This document shows, in pieces, positions 52,678 through 61,791 of a stretch of 64,000 bases of DNA. Every line of letters starts with the position of its first letter. The first letter of the stretch is position 1. Below the pieces are notes generated by a model. It worked only from the letters and a program-made list of their open reading frames with translations. It searched no databases and was not told the origin of the DNA. Source of the stretch: an uncultured Eubacteriales bacterium. Its GTDB lineage: Bacteria > Acidobacteriota > Aminicenantia > Aminicenantales > UBA8522. The DNA lies in the NCBI GenBank assembly GCA_964353705.1, contig CAYGXD010000003.1:891-64890 (forward strand), written 5' to 3'. A program made the translations under genes and the position numbers.

Positions 52678-52925
52678 TTTGACTTTTCAGGTCCGCTGGC
52701 TGAAGCAGCGTTTTCGTCCTTATTGCTCCCTCCAACTATCCCGAGGAAGAATAAAAACTGGCAATAAGAGACGTCAAGCACAACGACGGCGCGCGGGTGA
52801 TGTCGACAAGCCGGACCCGCCAGCGACAGAGTCGGCAGCCGCCCCGGGTTGCAACTTTTTACCAGCGCCTATAAAATTGCCAAGAAGACCAAGTTTCTAT
52901 CGATTTATAGAGGAGGAATCTGGGG

Positions 52926-54125
52926 ATGAATCAGAGAAAGAAAAACGCACCAATTTCTCGCTGTGTTTTGACCGCTTTGCTTTCGCTCTTTCTGGTTTTG
53001 CTTTCGTCGGCCTGTGCAAATAAGGAAGTATCCAAAAACCGGCAGCTTTCACAAATTACCCTGAAATTTAGGGAAAAGCTTCAGGTCTTCAAGAACCAGG
53101 TCGGATTTCCTGGAGCCACAGCGGCATTTGCTTTGCCGGAGGGGCCCTTTTCGTCAGTCGCCGTAGGAAATTCTGACGAGGAGAACAAGATCGAGATGAA
53201 GCCCCTGGATCGTATGCCAGCGGGGAGCGTTGGAAAGGCATTTGTGGCCGCATTGGCCATCCTCCTGGCCCAAGAGGGCAGGTTCAATCTGGACGACAAG
53301 ATCGAGAAGTGGCTGGGCGATGAAGACTGGTTTCCGAGGTTACCCAACCACGAAGATATAACCATCCGGACCCTCTTGAACCACAGGAGCGGCCTTAAGG
53401 ACCACGCCTTTGAGTCTGAAGAATTCGCCCGGGATCTGGGAAAAATGATGGCCACAAACCAGGACGCGGTCATCACGCCCGAACAATTGGTATCTTATGT
53501 TTTGGACATCCCTCCGCTTTTCAAAGTGGGGACGGATTTTCATTATTCAGATACAAATTATATCCTCGTTGGGATCATCATCGAGAAGGCCACACGATCG
53601 TCCTATTATGAGGAGCTAACGAACCGCACCTTGGCCAAGTTTAGCTTAAACAATACTCTCCCCGCGGATAAAAGGGAGCTCCCCGGAATTGTTCCCGGTT
53701 ATCTGGATCCCAACGGTCCATTCGGATTGTCAATAAAGAAAACCATCCAAGATGGACGGTTGATTTTTAATCCTCAGACAGAATGGACAGGCGGGGGGTT
53801 GATCTCGACTTCCGAGGATCTTGCACGATGGGCAAAGCTTTTGTACGGAGGGAAGCTCTCAGCAAAGCCTTATCTGGAGGAGATGTTGGACTTCGGCGGA
53901 TTCCAATATGGGTTGGGGGCAGGATTGAGAGAAACCGAGCTGGGGAGAGCGTACGGACACAGCGGTTATTTTCCCGGGTACAACACGGCTATGGGCTACT
54001 TTCCGGACCATAAAATAGCTGTGGCCATCCAAATCAACAGGGATTACGATGTGGGAGATCCCTCATCCCAGTTGGTTGAATTAGCCAAAGTCGTTATCGA
54101 AGAGCTTAAACCTCGAACCAAATAA
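52926..54125 (+). CDS. serine hydrolase of the beta-lactamase/PBP class C family, lipoprotein
   Basis: GAGGAGG RBS. Lipobox LLSSAC. SxxK motif AGSVGKAF and a YxN-like YSDTNY region. 399 aa. Confidence 0.7.
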   Translation: MNQRKKNAPISRCVLTALLSLFLVLLSSACANKEVSKNRQLSQITLKFREKLQVFKNQVGFPGATAAFALPEGPFSSVAVGNSDEENKIEMKPLDRMPAGSVGKAFVAALAILLAQEGRFNLDDKIEKWLGDEDWFPRLPNHEDITIRTLLNHRSGLKDHAFESEEFARDLGKMMATNQDAVITPEQLVSYVLDIPPLFKVGTDFHYSDTNYILVGIIIEKATRSSYYEELTNRTLAKFSLNNTLPADKRELPGIVPGYLDPNGPFGLSIKKTIQDGRLIFNPQTEWTGGGLISTSEDLARWAKLLYGGKLSAKPYLEEMLDFGGFQYGLGAGLRETELGRAYGHSGYFPGYNTAMGYFPDHKIAVAIQINRDYDVGDPSSQLVELAKVVIEELKPRTK

Positions 54126-54133
54126 TAGGAGAA

Positions 54134-56206
54134 TTAGCCGCCGCCGCCTGTCTTGGCTTTGGAAATCCTGTGCTTGTCGAACCAGCCGATCACATGCTGG
54201 ATTTTGGAGAGGTGATGGCTTGGACGGCTGAAGATCCCGTGGCTTTCTTCCGGGAACCGGACTAGGACAGATTCCACCCCTTTGAGTTTGAGACCCATAT
54301 AATACTGTTCGGATTCAGACATCGGCGTCCTAAAGTCTTGTTCCCCCGTAATCAAAATCGTGGGTGTCTTGACGTTTCCCACCAGAGATATGGGCGAGTA
54401 TTTCATATAGTGCTCTGAATGATCCCACGGAAATCCCGGGAAATTGTTTTTGATCCCCGCGTTCCCAATATCCGAAGTCAGGGTCAGGCTGTACCAATTG
54501 ACGACCGGATAAAGAGCGGCAGCCCCGCGAAACCGGTCGGTTTTCCCAATACACCAGCAGGTCAGAGTTCCCCCCGCGCTTCCACCGGTAATGAAGATGT
54601 TGTCCTCATCTATGGACCCTTTTTTTATGACCTCATCCACGCCCGAGATGAGATCGTAGTAGTCGTCGGAGGGAAACGTGTGGCTCGTTAAGTTGCTGAA
54701 TTCCTCGCCGTAGCTCGTGCTCCCCCTGTAATTGGGATAAAAGACGACATATCCGGCTGACGCCAAGAGCTGATGCTCGATGCTGAACCGGTCCCCATAA
54801 TTATTCCATGGTCCCCCATGTATCTCCAGGATCAAAGGATATTTCCGGGAAGAGCTAAAGTCCGGCGGCTTCACGATCCACCCCTGGATCTGGCGGCCGT
54901 CCTTTGAGCACGAGTACCAAATCTCTTCCACGGCGCCAAGCTTCTTCGACGCCAGAATATCCTCATTGATGGAGGTGATGAGCTTCACCTCTGGAGTTTG
55001 AGGTGTCCCGACCGCCAAATCACTGGGATGGTCAGGCCTCGAATAGGTGAAGGCAAAATGGCCATTGGGAGCCATGGTGTATGAGGCGCCCAGTATAATG
55101 CCGTAGGCCGTTCGGCCGTCTCCGATATTGCCGGCGAGTTTTTTCACCTGGCCAGCCAAAGAAACAGAGGCCAACGAGGTATGTCCTTTATCGTCGTAAA
55201 GAAAATAAAGTTCTTGACTGTCGGAGGTCCACTTTATCAGGTTGACGCTTCGATCGAGGTTTCCGGTCAATGAGCGAGCAGCACTGCCGTCTCTGTTCAT
55301 CACATAAAGCTCCGCGACATGATCCGCTTGGTATTTCTCATCAAATCCGGTGGAGGCGATATATTTCCCATTCGGGGAAGCGGTGGGAGAACTATCTTCT
55401 CCTCTTCGATTGGTTAAGGCCCTGATCTTTCCATCCGAGATTTCTAGCTCGAAGACCTCGGTATCTGATGTTGTGATTTCCCAGTTGTCACGGCGATCTG
55501 CAGACAAAATAATATGTTTCCCATCCGGTGTCCATTCTCCTCCAGGATGATTGAACTTCCCCTCGGTAATCTTTCGCGGAGTTCCGCCCGCTGAGGAAAT
55601 GATGTACAGATGGAGATATCCGGGAACATAGCCGACACCATCGAAGCGGTAAAGCGCTCTGTCTATGATTATAGGAGGCGGAGCCCAATTGGCATCTGGA
55701 GGAGGCGGAGGCAGGGTGGCAATAGCCGGAGGCATGGATAAGTCAACGGTAGCAAAGGTCACCTGTTTTCCGTCCGGAGACCAGGAGGCATTCATGGGAG
55801 GTACGGGCAGATCGGTAAGTTGAATGACCTGGTCGGTGTCTATCCCGCGCTTATAGAGTTGGGCCGCTCCTCCCTTGTCGGAGATGTAAATCATCTGGCT
55901 CCCATCAGGGGACCAACGGGGAGACTTGTCAGCCGAGAGGCCGGCCGTGAGAGGACGGTTCCCGGAGCCATCGAAATCAATTATCCACAGGTTGGAATAG
56001 AACTTATCGGACTTGATATCCGCAAAATTGCGAACATAGATTATTCTTTTGCCGTCGGGGGAAATCTGCGGATCTGATATCCATTCGAAATTGTAGTAAT
56101 CCTGAGCCGTAAAATACGTGGATTGGTCTTGAGCGGCAAGAGAAATGGACCTGGGAATTATGAAAATGAGAAACAAAACAGACATCTTTTTAAAATCTTC
56201 TAGCAT
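54134..56206 (-). CDS. S9-family serine peptidase (prolyl oligopeptidase/acylaminoacyl-peptidase type) with N-terminal PD40 propeller
   Basis: Signal peptide. WSPDGSQMIY/WSPDGKQVTF propeller blades. Catalytic GGSAGG (ITGGSAGGTLTC) plus downstream D and H regions. 690 aa. Confidence 0.8.
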   Translation of the reverse strand: MLEDFKKMSVLFLIFIIPRSISLAAQDQSTYFTAQDYYNFEWISDPQISPDGKRIIYVRNFADIKSDKFYSNLWIIDFDGSGNRPLTAGLSADKSPRWSPDGSQMIYISDKGGAAQLYKRGIDTDQVIQLTDLPVPPMNASWSPDGKQVTFATVDLSMPPAIATLPPPPPDANWAPPPIIIDRALYRFDGVGYVPGYLHLYIISSAGGTPRKITEGKFNHPGGEWTPDGKHIILSADRRDNWEITTSDTEVFELEISDGKIRALTNRRGEDSSPTASPNGKYIASTGFDEKYQADHVAELYVMNRDGSAARSLTGNLDRSVNLIKWTSDSQELYFLYDDKGHTSLASVSLAGQVKKLAGNIGDGRTAYGIILGASYTMAPNGHFAFTYSRPDHPSDLAVGTPQTPEVKLITSINEDILASKKLGAVEEIWYSCSKDGRQIQGWIVKPPDFSSSRKYPLILEIHGGPWNNYGDRFSIEHQLLASAGYVVFYPNYRGSTSYGEEFSNLTSHTFPSDDYYDLISGVDEVIKKGSIDEDNIFITGGSAGGTLTCWCIGKTDRFRGAAALYPVVNWYSLTLTSDIGNAGIKNNFPGFPWDHSEHYMKYSPISLVGNVKTPTILITGEQDFRTPMSESEQYYMGLKLKGVESVLVRFPEESHGIFSRPSHHLSKIQHVIGWFDKHRISKAKTGGGG

Positions 56207-56373
56207 TGAACTCTCCCGTCTTTATCGCCAGGCACTTTCTGATTCGCGGGCTGGTTTCCTGAGCTACGGATTCGGTCCGTATAATAGTTTACTTTGATAG
56301 GAAATGACTGACACGTTCATGGCAATGTCCTTTCTTTAGAAGACGGGGCTCTGTCTCGCGACAACCCGCTCCG

Positions 56374-57042
56374 TCAATCCTGCTGGGCCGCTTTCATCAG
56401 ACTCTGCACCCCGGCTTCCGGACCGCCGGAATAGCCAAACACGGCCGTACCGGCCACAAACACCCGCGCGCCGGCGGCGTAGGCCGCCCGGATCGTGGGG
56501 AGTTCGACGCCGCCGTCTATTTCCAATTCGCAGTGGGGATTGCGGGCGTCCAGTATCTCGCGCACTTGCCGGATTTTCCGCAGGGTGTAGTCGATGAACG
56601 ATTGCCCTCCAAAGCCGGGATTGACCGTCATCACCAATACCAGATCCAGTTTTTCGATGACTTCGTCGAGCGTGGGCACGGGTGTCGCCGGGCAGAGAGC
56701 GACTCCCGCTTTTTTGCCCAGACGCTTGATGTGCTGGATCGAACGGTCGAGGTGGACGACGGCTTCCTGGTGCACGATGATCAAATCCGCCCCCGCCTTC
56801 GCAAAGTCTTCCAGATAACGGTCGGGGTTAACGATCATCAAATGCGCTTCGAGCAAGCGTGTTGTGGCGCGGCGCATCGCTTTGAGCAGCGGCATCCCGA
56901 AGCTGATGTTGGGTACGAAAACACCATCCATCACATCCACCTGAAAGCGCTTCGCGCCGCCTCGTTCCGCGGCTTGCACTTGTTCCTGAAGCTTCAATAA
57001 ATCGGCCGCCAGGATCGATGGGCAGATTTGAGCGGTGGACAT
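56374..57042 (-). CDS. rpe: ribulose-phosphate 3-epimerase
   Basis: MSTAQICPSILAADLLKLQEQV...HLMIVNP...MTVNPGFGGQ...GGV. Canonical Rpe. Confidence 0.9.
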   Translation of the reverse strand: MSTAQICPSILAADLLKLQEQVQAAERGGAKRFQVDVMDGVFVPNISFGMPLLKAMRRATTRLLEAHLMIVNPDRYLEDFAKAGADLIIVHQEAVVHLDRSIQHIKRLGKKAGVALCPATPVPTLDEVIEKLDLVLVMTVNPGFGGQSFIDYTLRKIRQVREILDARNPHCELEIDGGVELPTIRAAYAAGARVFVAGTAVFGYSGGPEAGVQSLMKAAQQD

Positions 57043-57045
57043 TTT

Positions 57046-57762
57046 TCAGATCTTCCGCATCCGGTATTGAATCCCGCTCGCTCCCGCGACGATCAAATCG
57101 GTGGCGAGCCCGATGAACAAACCATGCTCGACGATGCCCGCGCGTGAAGTCAAAGCCAGCGCCAGTTGTCGCGGCTCGGCGATGGGCCCAAAATGACAAT
57201 CCAAGATCATGTTGCCCGAATCAGTGACGAACGGGGTTCCGTCCCGATTTTTGCGGATCGTGTATTTGGCGCCAAGAGATTCGAGATAGCGCGCCTGCGA
57301 CTTCCAACCGAAGGGGATCACTTCGACGGGCACAGGCCAATGTGTTCCCAGGCGGGGCGACGGTTTGGTTTCATCCACAACGATAATCTCGCGTTGGCTC
57401 ACCTGCGCCACGATCTTCTCTCGCAGCAACGCGCCGCCGCCGCCTTTGATCAAGTTCATTTCCGGGTCGACTTCATCGGCGCCGTCGATCGTCACGTCGA
57501 GATCTTCGGGCAAGTCGTCGGGCAGCATGGGAATGCCGAGCCGGACGGCTTCTTCGGCCGTGGCCTTCGAGGTCGCAAAGGCGACGATGTCTCTCAGTTC
57601 GCCCGTTTTCAGCAGTTCCGCGATACGGCGCGTGGCAAAGATGGCCGTGCTGCCGGTGCCCAGTCCAACCTTCATCCCTGAGCGCACGAATTGCACCGCG
57701 CGCTTGGCGGCCGCTTCTTTGAAATGCGCTTCCGGATCCGCTGAAGTCGAGCCTCTACTCAT
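57046..57762 (-). CDS. rpiA: ribose-5-phosphate isomerase A
   Basis: KVGLGTGSTAIFATRRIAEL, DGADEVD and KGGGGAL blocks. 238 aa. Confidence 0.85.
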   Translation of the reverse strand: MSRGSTSADPEAHFKEAAAKRAVQFVRSGMKVGLGTGSTAIFATRRIAELLKTGELRDIVAFATSKATAEEAVRLGIPMLPDDLPEDLDVTIDGADEVDPEMNLIKGGGGALLREKIVAQVSQREIIVVDETKPSPRLGTHWPVPVEVIPFGWKSQARYLESLGAKYTIRKNRDGTPFVTDSGNMILDCHFGPIAEPRQLALALTSRAGIVEHGLFIGLATDLIVAGASGIQYRMRKI

Positions 57763-57764
57763 GT

Positions 57765-57944
57765 TTACTCCGTATAGTCCGCTGCCGCCAGCCGCGCATA
57801 AATCGCTTTGGGCGTTCCCCCGCCGGACACCGCGAGGATAAATCGGCCGCGCTCGGCGATGGCGGCGGCGGCAACAGCCGTGATGAAATCGGCCGCGCCG
57901 GCGATAAAACCCGGTTTATCGGGAAAGACATGCAACTGAGTCAT
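57765..57944 (-). pseudogene. pgl: N-terminal 59-codon fragment of a 6-phosphogluconolactonase (Pgl/DevB, NagB-fold) gene
   Basis: Minus-strand ATG 57944 gives MTQLHVFPDKPGFIAGAADFITAVAAAAIAERGRFILAVSGGGTPKAIYARLAAADYTE, then TAA 3 nt before the rpiA ATG. FxLALSGGSTP...Y..LA is the Pgl N-terminal signature. No continuation exists in any frame. Confidence 0.5.
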
Positions 57945-58041
57945 ATTGGTCTCACCATTTCTTGAACATTAACATAAAAGGCCGCGCGGAACAATTCCCC
58001 AGGCTTGACGGGCGCCGCCGGGCTTAGTCCGAGCCATCTTC

Positions 58042-58308
58042 TCAAATCGCGAAGTCCTTTCCCAACCGATAGGCCTGTTCGAGCCAGGCGCGCCGCGCCA
58101 TCTTCGCGCCCCAGGGGTCGAGCTTCACCTTGATGATCAGCTTGCCGTCCGATGTGCTGACCCACGGCTCATCGAAGACATAAGCGCGAGCGGGGTCGAG
58201 GCCGAGCTCCGCCAGACGGATGCCCCCTTCAATCGTCCGTGTCCGGTCGTCGAGGTTGAAGGCGTTGACGGCGACCCGGCGTCCGAGCGCTTCGAGGGCC
58301 CCTGCCAA
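58042..58308 (-). CDS. small conserved hypothetical protein (about 88 aa), paralog of a gene ending at the window edge
   Basis: Coding sense ...NAFNLDDRTRTIEGGIRLAELGLDPARAYVFDEPWVSTSDGKLIIKVKLDPWGAKMARRAWLEQAYRLGKDFAI. Must start after the kinase stop (58322), so a TTG start at 58308 is proposed. The ORF track's 183 aa version overlaps the kinase and is rejected. Confidence 0.35.
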   Translation of the reverse strand: MAGALEALGRRVAVNAFNLDDRTRTIEGGIRLAELGLDPARAYVFDEPWVSTSDGKLIIKVKLDPWGAKMARRAWLEQAYRLGKDFAI

Positions 58309-58321
58309 TAGCGGTGGCCGG

Positions 58322-61300
58322 CTATCGAGCCCGGAGGGCGGCCAGCCTCTTTCGGGCCTCCTCCACCTGGGCGAGCCCCTGGTCCGCCTCTTTCCAGACC
58401 TCGAGGACTTTCTCATACTGCTTGACGGCTGCCCGGAGCTGGCCCTTTTTCTCGTAAAGCCGGGCCAGTCTAAGGCGGCTGAATGAATGGACCAGGCTGA
58501 ATTCTGTTTTTTCCGGGTCGAGGAGTCGCTCGTATTCGGCAACAGCCTTGTCCAGGTCACCTTGGCTCTCGAAAGCCCTGGCGACAAAATCATCAGTGTA
58601 GGGCATACTCCTCTGAATGATGGTGATCGGGACTGAGAGATTCAGGGCCGGCAGGGAGCGTTTCCGGAATTCCGAGGCGGCCTCGTCCGCCAGGCCACGA
58701 GCCAGAAGAGTCTCCGCGGATAGGAGCAGGTAAACATCCCGTACCTCCCCGATTCCCTCGGAGCCGGCGGATTCGTCGAGGAACGACTTGACCTCGGCCA
58801 GCTTTGACCCGGCTTCGTCCAGGCGGTTTTCCTTGAGGTCCAGAAGACCGAGATAAACTCGGGTCAACGCCTTATTCAAGGGTTCCGGCCGGATCCGGTA
58901 CTGATTGCGGTTGTCATAAAAGGCCTGGACATACTTACGGAAAAGGTCGCTTTTGCCCCATTCATAGGAGATCCATTCCAGTTGTTTGAACTTGCTGCAG
59001 AAATAGGAATAGTTCTGGATGTTCCTGTAGAGATCCCCCGCGCGCTCGAACGCGCTCAGGGCGAGTTCAACCTTTCCCTGGAGAGAGTAGTACAGACCCT
59101 TGAACTCAAGGGCATAAGCCCGCATTCCATCGGACTGGGCCGCGGGGATGAAGTCGTCGATCCAGCGCAGGGCTTCGGCATAATTTTCTCTCAAGGCATA
59201 ACAGTAGGCGATCCGGAACTGGGCGCTGAAATCCGGCTTGATCCGGACAACCTCCTTGAATTTTTCGATGGCCTTGTCCAGCTTTCCCATTTTGAAGTAG
59301 AGTTCGCCCATGGAGTCATGGGGATTGGCGTCTCCGGGCGAAACCGAGGCGTATTTTTTAAAATAGGCAAGAGCTCCGCCAAAGTCGTTCTTGGACGCGT
59401 AAGAATAGGCCAGCCAGTTCATGGCCGCGCCGAACTTGGGGTCGAGCGCTAGGGCTTTTTTAAATTCCGGGATGGCCCGGTCGAACGCTCCTTGACCATA
59501 GTAATACTCTCCCAGGCTGACCAAAGCCCTTTTCTCTTGGGGGTATTCGGCGGCGATCCGCTCGAGCAGGTTAAGAGAACTTTCCGCCTTGCCCTCGAGA
59601 TATCGGGCCGTGAGGGCTTCGGCATAGAGGCCCTCCTTCCCCGCCAGTCTTTTGCCGAATTCCCGCGCCTTTTTAAAGGCGTCCCGCGCCCCCGCAAGGT
59701 CGCTCTGCGCCAGGTTCGCCTGTCCCAAGTAGAAGTAGGCCATGGCGAACTCAGGGTCGAGAGCGACCGCCATTTCCAGAAACCTGCGGGCGTCGGGATA
59801 ATACCATTTCTCAAAAGCCTCCCTTCCCTGGAGAAAGAGGTTGTACGCCTCCATGGATCCGGTCGTGACCTCCATAATGGGTGTGGCGGCGGCCTGTGTC
59901 ACACCCTCCGCCTGGATTCCTCTGGCGATCGCCCGACTCAGCTCATCGATCTGCGTTTTGAGGATGCTGTCCACGCCTTCGCCCCGGGAGCCGGCTGTCT
60001 TGATGAGCTGCTTGGACCTCACATCCAGAACCTTGGCGTCGGTGGCAAATGTATTGCCTCCCTTGGTGAAAGTGCCCAGGATAATCGCCTCAATGCCGTC
60101 CAGCCGGCAGAGCTCGAATCCGAGGTCACTGTCGATGACCTTGACGTTCTCGCGGTTCGACCTTTTGAGAAGGTCATAAAGCCTTTCCCATGTCGTGACA
60201 CGAAAGAACTTTGACTGCTCCAGGCTGGTGATCAGCAGGTTGGGGATCGCGTCCTGGAGATAGTCATAGCTTGGATCACCGGTCTGGTTGCTGAAACTGA
60301 CGACGGCAACGGCCAGTTTCTCCCCGGGAACGGCCGGAGGGTTTCTCCGGAAGGACTTCCAGGCAAAAAACGCGGCCGCCAGGACGGCCAGGAAGGCAAA
60401 AGCGAAAGCCCCCCTCTTTCGCAGCGCTCGGGCCCTGCTACCGGGGGGGAACGGACTCGGCCTTTCCCGGACAGGGCACGTGGAGCCGGTCACGATCGAT
60501 GTCGGGGCTTCCTCCAGGTCCCGGAGGAGTTCCTCGGCGCTCTGATACCGGCTCTCCCGTTTCTTCTCCAGGCACCTGAGAATAATCCGGTCCAGCGAGC
60601 CCGGGAGCTCAGGGTTTATCGACCGCGGCGGCCTGGGGAGCTCAGTGATCTGTTGAGCAAGGATTTCCGGGCGAGAATCGCCTATGAAGGGGACTCCTCC
60701 CGTGACCATCTCATAAAGAATGACACCCAGGGAATAGATGTCGGAGCGTTCGTCGGCTTCCTGTCCTGCGGCCTGCTCCGGACTCAGGTACTCGGGAGTG
60801 CCGGGAATCGCCGCGGCCCCGGTCCCCAAATCCATGATCCGCGCGTTTCCCTCCTGGTCGACCGTGATGTTCGTAGGCTCGAGGTTGCCGTGGATAACTC
60901 CCTGCCGGTGGGCCTCCGCGAGCCCCGCGCAAACCTGTTGGGCCAGCCGGACGCTCGCGCCCAAGCTCAGCCGCTTCGTCATCTGGATCATGCTCTTCAG
61001 GTTCTCTCCCTGGACGTACTCCATGGTGATGTAGTAAGTTTCTTTTTCTTGACCCAGGGGGTAGACACGGCAAATATTCCGGTGGGAAATCTTTCCGGTG
61101 ATCTTCAAGGCGTTCTGAAGCCGGGCGATAGTTCTGCTGTCCGCGGCGATCTCGGGCAGAATGATCTTCAGGACGACCGTTTCGTTGATTTTCGCGTCGA
61201 AAGCCTTGAAGACTTTGCCCATTCGCCCCGACCCCAGGTCTTCGATGATCTTGTACCGGCCGGCAAAAATCGAACCGGGACCGAGCTGGTCACGCGGCTC

Positions 61301-61417
61301 GGCGAGGGACCAGGTCTCGGCTTCAGGGATAGCCTGATCCCGTCCGAAGCGGAAGCCGCACCGGGAACAAAAGCGGGCGCCCTCCGCGTTCTCTGCTTGG
61401 CATAGAGGACACTTCAT
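58322..61417 (-). CDS. Ser/Thr protein kinase with N-terminal zinc ribbon, a TM segment and C-terminal TPR repeats
   Basis: MKCPLCQAENAEGARFCSRCGF, then Hanks kinase motifs (GRMGKVFKA ATP-binding loop, HRNICRV, DLGTG), a hydrophobic stretch FAFAFLAVLAAAFFAW, and about 10 TPR units. Confidence 0.8.
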   Translation of the reverse strand: MKCPLCQAENAEGARFCSRCGFRFGRDQAIPEAETWSLAEPRDQLGPGSIFAGRYKIIEDLGSGRMGKVFKAFDAKINETVVLKIILPEIAADSRTIARLQNALKITGKISHRNICRVYPLGQEKETYYITMEYVQGENLKSMIQMTKRLSLGASVRLAQQVCAGLAEAHRQGVIHGNLEPTNITVDQEGNARIMDLGTGAAAIPGTPEYLSPEQAAGQEADERSDIYSLGVILYEMVTGGVPFIGDSRPEILAQQITELPRPPRSINPELPGSLDRIILRCLEKKRESRYQSAEELLRDLEEAPTSIVTGSTCPVRERPSPFPPGSRARALRKRGAFAFAFLAVLAAAFFAWKSFRRNPPAVPGEKLAVAVVSFSNQTGDPSYDYLQDAIPNLLITSLEQSKFFRVTTWERLYDLLKRSNRENVKVIDSDLGFELCRLDGIEAIILGTFTKGGNTFATDAKVLDVRSKQLIKTAGSRGEGVDSILKTQIDELSRAIARGIQAEGVTQAAATPIMEVTTGSMEAYNLFLQGREAFEKWYYPDARRFLEMAVALDPEFAMAYFYLGQANLAQSDLAGARDAFKKAREFGKRLAGKEGLYAEALTARYLEGKAESSLNLLERIAAEYPQEKRALVSLGEYYYGQGAFDRAIPEFKKALALDPKFGAAMNWLAYSYASKNDFGGALAYFKKYASVSPGDANPHDSMGELYFKMGKLDKAIEKFKEVVRIKPDFSAQFRIAYCYALRENYAEALRWIDDFIPAAQSDGMRAYALEFKGLYYSLQGKVELALSAFERAGDLYRNIQNYSYFCSKFKQLEWISYEWGKSDLFRKYVQAFYDNRNQYRIRPEPLNKALTRVYLGLLDLKENRLDEAGSKLAEVKSFLDESAGSEGIGEVRDVYLLLSAETLLARGLADEAASEFRKRSLPALNLSVPITIIQRSMPYTDDFVARAFESQGDLDKAVAEYERLLDPEKTEFSLVHSFSRLRLARLYEKKGQLRAAVKQYEKVLEVWKEADQGLAQVEEARKRLAALRAR

Positions 61418-61485
61418 CGCTGGCTCGCCTCAGCGCTCAGGTGGCTTCAACCGATACTAAGATAGCATAAAACCTGGGGACGCGC

Positions 61486-61690
61486 TCAGCTTTCTTCGGC
61501 CTTGGCCACCGAGCAGATCTTGTCCCCGTTCTCCAGGTTGATCAGACGGACGCCCTGAGTGGCGCGGCCGACCGCCCTGACCTGTTTGGTCTGGATGCGG
61601 ATGACTTTGCCGCTCAAGGTGACAATCAGCAGGTCGTCTTCCGCGACGCCCAGCACGGCCACGGCCGGCCCGATCTTGGGCGTAGACGAC
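61486..61690 (-). repeat. copy C (longest) of the GyrA-C-terminal-tail-like segment; about 68 codons of a GyrA beta-pinwheel-blade-like 3-prime fragment
   Basis: Minus translation gives PKIGPAVAVLGVAEDDLLIVTLSGKVIRIQTKQVRAVGRATQGVRLINLENGDKICSVAKAEES-stop. GRATQGVxLIxL plus the acidic tail are typical of a GyrA/ParC C-terminal domain. No upstream start and no long ORF in that frame. Confidence 0.55.
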
Positions 61691-61791
61691 GAGGGGTAAG
61701 GAGGTCAGGGCGGAAGTGGAGAGAGATTTGACATGCTGATCCCGGTCGGATAGTCTTTCCTAAAACAAGATCCCTAGAGAAAGGAGGAAAC

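Noticed and set aside
58309-58593. N-terminal 95 residues of the 183 aa track ORF 58042..58593
   Set aside because: R/S-rich garbage translation overlapping the 3-prime end of the kinase gene on the same strand in another frame. Only the region downstream of the kinase stop is plausibly coding.
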